From the NCBI GenBank assembly GCA_038227875.1, contig JBBRPR010000113.1, positions 1-13,329 on the forward strand: 13,329 nucleotides of DNA, written 5' to 3'. A model generated the notes under the pieces. The model was not told the DNA's origin and made no database searches. It saw only the letters and a program-made list of their open reading frames with translations. How positions within the stretch are numbered: the first letter of the stretch is position 1; the number at the start of each line of letters is the position of its first letter. This stretch comes from Planctomycetota bacterium. Its GTDB lineage: Bacteria > Planctomycetota > SZUA-567 > H5-PLA8. This document shows positions 10,043-13,329 of the stretch, one piece after another. A program made the position numbers and the translations under genes.

Positions 10043-10142
10043 CGCCTTCCCTGACGACCTCGCAACTGTGGTTTCGAGTTGGGCGAAGCTGCCTGACGCG
10101 TTAAAGGCTGGCATCGTGGCAATGGTGAAGGCGGCGACCTAG
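10038..10142 (+). CDS. Short amphipathic peptide/ORF tail PDDLATVVSSWAKLPDALKAGIVAMVKAAT; start uncertain
   Basis: 3' end of track ORF 9636..10142. I recall this DLxxVVxxWxxLPxAxxAGIxAMV motif from att-adjacent ORFs in Planctomycetes (recollection, not searched). The frame stays open across the att fragment. Confidence 0.55.
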   Translation: MHAFPDDLATVVSSWAKLPDALKAGIVAMVKAAT

Positions 10143-10202
10143 CCTCAGAGCTCCTGATCCGAACGTGTAGCCTGCCGAACGATCTACCGCTACAATGCCC
10201 AC

Positions 10203-10337
10203 ATGTCCGCCAAGAAACCCCGCTCACTGTCGCCGCCAAAGCCCGCGCGCGTCACCTGCCTGCGCTGTGAACTGAAGTTCATGTCGCCGGATCGACGACA
10301 TATCCGGCTGTGCCCGAAGTGCCGGCAGCGGAGGTAG
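10203..10337 (+). CDS. 44-aa zinc-ribbon microprotein (CxxC-x14-CxxC)
   Basis: MSAKKPRSLSPPKPARVTCLRCELKFMSPDRRHIRLCPKCRQRR. TAGCCT(10168)-17 nt-TACAAT(10191-10196) lies 6 nt before the ATG, consistent with a leaderless transcript. Not in the ORF track. Confidence 0.7.
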   Translation: MSAKKPRSLSPPKPARVTCLRCELKFMSPDRRHIRLCPKCRQRR

Positions 10338-10338
10338 C

Positions 10339-10479
10339 GTGACCCTGGCATCGTTCCTCGACTTCACCGCCGACGTTTCCTTGTGGCCATTCCTGCCTCT
10401 TGCGCTTGCGCTCGTCGTTGCCATCGTAGCGTTTAGGAAGAGCCCGCCGCCCGGGCAGTACGCGCTCGCCATTACTTAA
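10339..10479 (+). CDS. 46-aa single-pass membrane peptide
   Basis: GTG start 1 nt after the upstream stop, with GGAGG 4 nt upstream. MTLASFLDFTADVSLWPFLPLALALVVAIVAFRKSPPPGQYALAIT has a hydrophobic span followed by RK. Confidence 0.45.
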   Translation: MTLASFLDFTADVSLWPFLPLALALVVAIVAFRKSPPPGQYALAIT

Positions 10480-11701
10480 CGGCATTCACGATTCGCCCAA
10501 TCTCCGACTGTATCGATTCCTTGTCCGTCGGCATTTTGATGAACCCCTGAACCGATAGCCTCACGGCTCGTTCCGCAACCGCGTCATTCATGTCTACGTC
10601 TCCGACAAGCAGGATGGGAATCTTGCGAGTGGCTTTGTCCGCGCGAACTTTCTCGGCCAACTTCCAAGGCTCGAATTCTTTTGCACCCAGATTGATCACG
10701 AACAACGCCGGGTAGTGGTCGAGCGACTTGAGCAAGGCGTCGACATGGTTTCTTGCGAGAATCGGCTCATGGCCCAGCGCCCGAACCGCATCGACGACAA
10801 CATTCATTCGACCGTCCAGCGCGTGTGTAATGAGCACACGTCGTCTGCCGACATCGTTGCGCGCCCTTAGAAAAGCCTCGAAGTCCCGCACCCGAACTTT
10901 CCAGAATCCGTTCGCCAACTTAACGGCGGGCAGTCGTCTCGTGTGGATCCACTGTTTCACTGCCTCGCCCGTCACGTTAAGAATCTTGCCGATGTCGTTC
11001 GGTGACAGGAGTCGCTCTGTGTCGGTCGGCGCTTTCGGCGACTGAACCCTCTGCGCTGCGGTGGTGACTCGATCCAGCATTGGTTTTACTGGTTCGGCTG
11101 TCGGCCGGTCCTCGATGGTCATCGCTTTCAGTCTCGGTATTGGGTTGGCAATCTGGTCGAACAGGGTGCGGGACTGCGAGAGCAAACGATAATGGCGCTT
11201 GCATAAGCCGCGAGCGACGACCTCCCCCGCGCACTGTGAATACTTTTCGTCTGAATACTCCCGCACGACGCAGCGCCCTTTCTGTACCTCGTGGCCGCGG
11301 GCGTACACGATGGTCGGCTGTGGCTTGGAGAAGTCGTTGAGGTTCAAATCGGGTCTCTGCCATATGCCGGCATAGTGATGCCTGCATAGGCCCCGGCGGG
11401 TCGCTGGCGCTTTGCAGGGGATGTCGTTTTCAAGGAGGGCGCAGATGCCTTCCCGCGCATTGGGATTCGGTTTGAGGTCTATCCTCCGGCTTTGACGCGG
11501 CAGCGCGTACGTCTCAAGCAATCCTTTGCGCGTCATATAACTGCGATGGCGATTGCAAAGCCCACGAGACGCCACGGGGTTGGAGCATGGAATGTCATCC
11601 TCGATCAAGATGCACAGTCCCGACGATGGGTCCGCCTTCTTCGTGAAGATTCGCGTTCGCTGCTCCGATACCGCCGAGCTACCAACAACATCTTTCTGCA
11701 T
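10472..11701 (-). CDS. Regulator fusion: three C-C-C-H (RGLCxxH) putative zinc fingers, excisionase-like HTH, atypical receiver domain
   Basis: Ligand sets C30/C39/C49/H52, C87/C96/C106/H109 and C144/C157/C167/H170. HTH_17-like segment LLSPNDIGKILNVTGEAVKQWIHTRRLPAVKLANGFWKVRVRDFEAFL (about 231-278). CheY-like fold from about 287 (RRVLIT...PALFVINL...KIPILLVG...GFIKMP). Confidence 0.85.
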   Translation of the reverse strand: MQKDVVGSSAVSEQRTRIFTKKADPSSGLCILIEDDIPCSNPVASRGLCNRHRSYMTRKGLLETYALPRQSRRIDLKPNPNAREGICALLENDIPCKAPATRRGLCRHHYAGIWQRPDLNLNDFSKPQPTIVYARGHEVQKGRCVVREYSDEKYSQCAGEVVARGLCKRHYRLLSQSRTLFDQIANPIPRLKAMTIEDRPTAEPVKPMLDRVTTAAQRVQSPKAPTDTERLLSPNDIGKILNVTGEAVKQWIHTRRLPAVKLANGFWKVRVRDFEAFLRARNDVGRRRVLITHALDGRMNVVVDAVRALGHEPILARNHVDALLKSLDHYPALFVINLGAKEFEPWKLAEKVRADKATRKIPILLVGDVDMNDAVAERAVRLSVQGFIKMPTDKESIQSEIGRIVNAVK

Positions 11702-11731
11702 GTCATTCGCCTCGTAACAATAAGGTTCCAG

Positions 11732-12025
11732 CTAGGGCGCAGCTTTTCGGAGTCGTTCTTTCAACTCCGATTCGGCCATCAAGATCATTGTCCCTTCAAC
11801 TTTGAAACTCAGTCCATCTCGACGAAGTTGCTGCAACACAGCGCACGTGGTCTTGTACTTCCGGATTGCGTCTCCGGCGGGGATCCAGCCAGCGGGAGGG
11901 ACAATGCGCCCCTTGGGGCGGCCCTTGCAGTTGGGATTCGCCTTCTTGAACCCCTTGCGCCAGCGGAGAAGGCTCCGCGGGTCCACGCCGAGATTCCGTG
12001 CGTACTTCTTCAAGTCTTCGTCCAT
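11732..12025 (-). CDS. Small basic DNA-binding protein: HTH, GRPKG linker, excisionase-like HTH (paralog A)
   Basis: GGAGG RBS. ARNLGVDPRSLLRWRK is HTH-like. Gap-free similarity to 12414..12719. Confidence 0.8.
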   Translation of the reverse strand: MDEDLKKYARNLGVDPRSLLRWRKGFKKANPNCKGRPKGRIVPPAGWIPAGDAIRKYKTTCAVLQQLRRDGLSFKVEGTMILMAESELKERLRKAAP

Positions 12026-12038
12026 GCGTCCTCCCGCT

Positions 12039-12317
12039 CTACGCGCACCTCACCCGCAGCGCCATCAACCGCCCAGCCTTGAACTTTACGCGCCGGCGTG
12101 CAGGCACACGTACTTTCACACCCGTTAGTGGATTCCGTGCCGTACGCGGCGTGGTGGTGCGCGTTTCAAACACGCCAAAGTCCCGCAGCTCGATCCTACC
12201 ATCCCGCGCCAGCGCTTCGACGATGTGGTCGAACGTGAGCTGAACCACCGCTTGGACCTGCTGATGCTGGACGCCGGTTCGGACTGCAATCTGATTCACG
12301 ATGTCGGCCTTGGTCAT
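12039..12317 (-). CDS. HU/IHF-family histone-like DNA-binding protein (IHF-beta-like)
   Basis: MTKADIVNQIA...GRIELRDFGVFE...PRTARNPLTGVKVRVPARRRVKFKAGRLM. ATG 12317 with GGAG 6 nt upstream. Confidence 0.95.
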   Translation of the reverse strand: MTKADIVNQIAVRTGVQHQQVQAVVQLTFDHIVEALARDGRIELRDFGVFETRTTTPRTARNPLTGVKVRVPARRRVKFKAGRLMALRVRCA

Positions 12318-12340
12318 CAATGTCTCCGCGCGGGGCCGAC

Positions 12341-12405
12341 AGTTTACGGGCAGCGCGGTTTGTGGTGCAAGCGGCTATTGCACGCCAACACCCGCGCCTT
12401 ACCAT
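12341..12405. promoter_or_regulatory. Back-to-back divergent sigma70-like promoters whose -35 boxes form an inverted repeat (GTGCAA-N7-TTGCAC)
   Basis: Rightward: TTGCAC 12378-12383, 16 nt, TACCAT 12400-12405, ATG at 12414. Leftward (minus strand): TTGCAC 12370-12365, 18 nt, TAAACT 12346-12341, then RBS and the IHF/HU start. Confidence 0.62.
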
Positions 12406-12413
12406 CACGTCAG

Positions 12414-12719
12414 ATGCGCAAACCACTCACCCCCGCTGAGCTCAAAGCCATGGCCGCGCGCCTGGGCGTGCCGCTGCAGGACGTGGCACGCTGGCACCGG
12501 GTCGAGGGACCACGCTACGTCTCAAAGTTGCCTGGCCGCCCAAAAGGTAAGCCTCAGCGGCCGGCCGGAACGTTAACGGTGCGGGACGCGATGGTGAAGT
12601 TTGGCATCACTGCGGCGGAGTTGAGGAAGTGGCGCGAGCAGGGGCTCCCGTACCGGACGGTGGGCACGATGATATTGATGAAGGAAACCGACTTGAAGGC
12701 GTGGATTCAGAAGCGGTGA
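12414..12719 (+). CDS. Small basic DNA-binding protein: HTH, GRPKG linker, excisionase-like HTH (paralog B), probably leaderless
   Basis: MRKPLTPAELKAMAARLGVPLQDVARW...GRPKGKPQRPAGTLTVRDAMVKFGITAAELRKWREQGLPYRTVGTMILMKETDLKAWIQKR (101 aa). Start reassigned from 12225, which would overlap the IHF gene, based on alignment with paralog A. Confidence 0.82.
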   Translation: MRKPLTPAELKAMAARLGVPLQDVARWHRVEGPRYVSKLPGRPKGKPQRPAGTLTVRDAMVKFGITAAELRKWREQGLPYRTVGTMILMKETDLKAWIQKR

Positions 12720-12817
12720 GCGTAGCTGGCGGGCAACTACGGTCCGAGGATCCGCCCCGTCTGACCAACGACATTAGTAAATCCCGGCGCACCAAGGATA
12801 GTCGATAGCTTGATCAG

Positions 12818-13012
12818 CTACGTGTGGCCTTGCTTATCAGTGGTTAACTTTTGCACCGCTTCGCGCAACATTGTGGCGACGTCCTGACCGCTCTTCTCGG
12901 CAAACAGATGAACGGCACGGATCTCTGATTGAGAAATGGGGAAGCTAAGAACGATTGAAGTCGCTGTAGCTCTGCGCTGATGAGCTGATATCTTTGATCT
13001 TGAACTGGCCAT
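12818..13012 (-). CDS. Putative ribbon-helix-helix (CopG-like) protein
   Basis: Alternating strand IVLSFPI, helix SQSEIRAVHLFAEKSG, helix DVATMLREAVQKL. Start is 13012 or 13024. Confidence 0.55.
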   Translation of the reverse strand: MASSRSKISAHQRRATATSIVLSFPISQSEIRAVHLFAEKSGQDVATMLREAVQKLTTDKQGHT

Positions 13013-13068
13013 GTTAATACCCATATCCCAGTCTGATCATATATGACGGCAGTCCATTTCAAGCCAAT

Positions 13069-13260
13069 TCATGGTTCCAGTTTCACTCCGTTGCCGAGGT
13101 CCAGTGTCTGCGTGGGCGGCAAGTTCACGCGCTTGGCGTAGTCGGCGACGGACTCCACGCCGTCCCAGAGCGGAAAGGCCCGCGCAGGTTCGGCCGCCGA
13201 CAACGAGGCTGCGAACGCCAGCACGATCAGAGGCAAAATACGCAGATTGCAGCAGTTCAT
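13069..13260 (-). pseudogene. Truncated N-terminus of a secreted formylglycine-generating enzyme (FGE/SUMF1)-family protein
   Basis: Signal peptide LRILPLIVLAFAASLSA|AEP, then FPLWDGVESVADYAKRVNLPPTQTLDLGNGVKLE-P-stop. TLDLGNGVKLE normally continues as (L/M)VLIPAGxFxMG into the FGE domain; no such continuation is seen downstream. Start could be 13260, 13284 or 13287. Confidence 0.68.
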
Positions 13261-13329
13261 ACGATTGGATGCTCGGCCATGCATCATCCACGCTTTATAC
13301 CCCTTTGCTCGCTACGCTCGCAACGGCAA

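Noticed and set aside
12225..12413. N-terminal extension of the paralog B ORF
   Set aside because: It overlaps the IHF/HU gene on the opposite strand and the divergent promoter, and paralog A has no equivalent.
13300..13329. GCTCGCTACGCTCGC REP-like motif at the window end
   Set aside because: Single truncated occurrence at the edge; a repeat family cannot be established.
1..13329. CRISPR array, rRNA, integrase, reverse transcriptase or known defence genes
   Set aside because: No regularly spaced repeats or diagnostic motifs were seen on either strand.

Overview
GC-rich bacterial window, probably Planctomycetota (inferred from protein styles, not confirmed). Left part, 1-9860, looks chromosomal. 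It has two tandem paralogous secreted beta-helix proteins on the minus strand. The left one is missing from the ORF track and runs in frame, without a stop, into an internal IS21 IstA transposase segment at about nt 153. These are followed by two convergent URO-D-superfamily genes lacking canonical catalytic motifs, and a split Aer/CetAB-like pair (stand-alone PAS gene plus soluble chemoreceptor). At 9861-9885 a 3' fragment of a tRNA-Glu-like gene marks a probable att site. To its right is a compact block of mostly small predicted DNA-binding proteins: a CxxC/CxxC microprotein, a single-TM peptide, a 3x(C3H zinc finger)-excisionase HTH-pseudo-receiver fusion, an IHF/HU subunit, two divergently transcribed paralogous HTH-GRPKG-HTH proteins around symmetric back-to-back promoters, and an RHH-like protein. 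The block ends at a truncated FGE/SUMF1-family gene fragment. This att-adjacent switch-like module is the best candidate for an undescribed system. All calls are from reading the sequence by eye; no searches were run.
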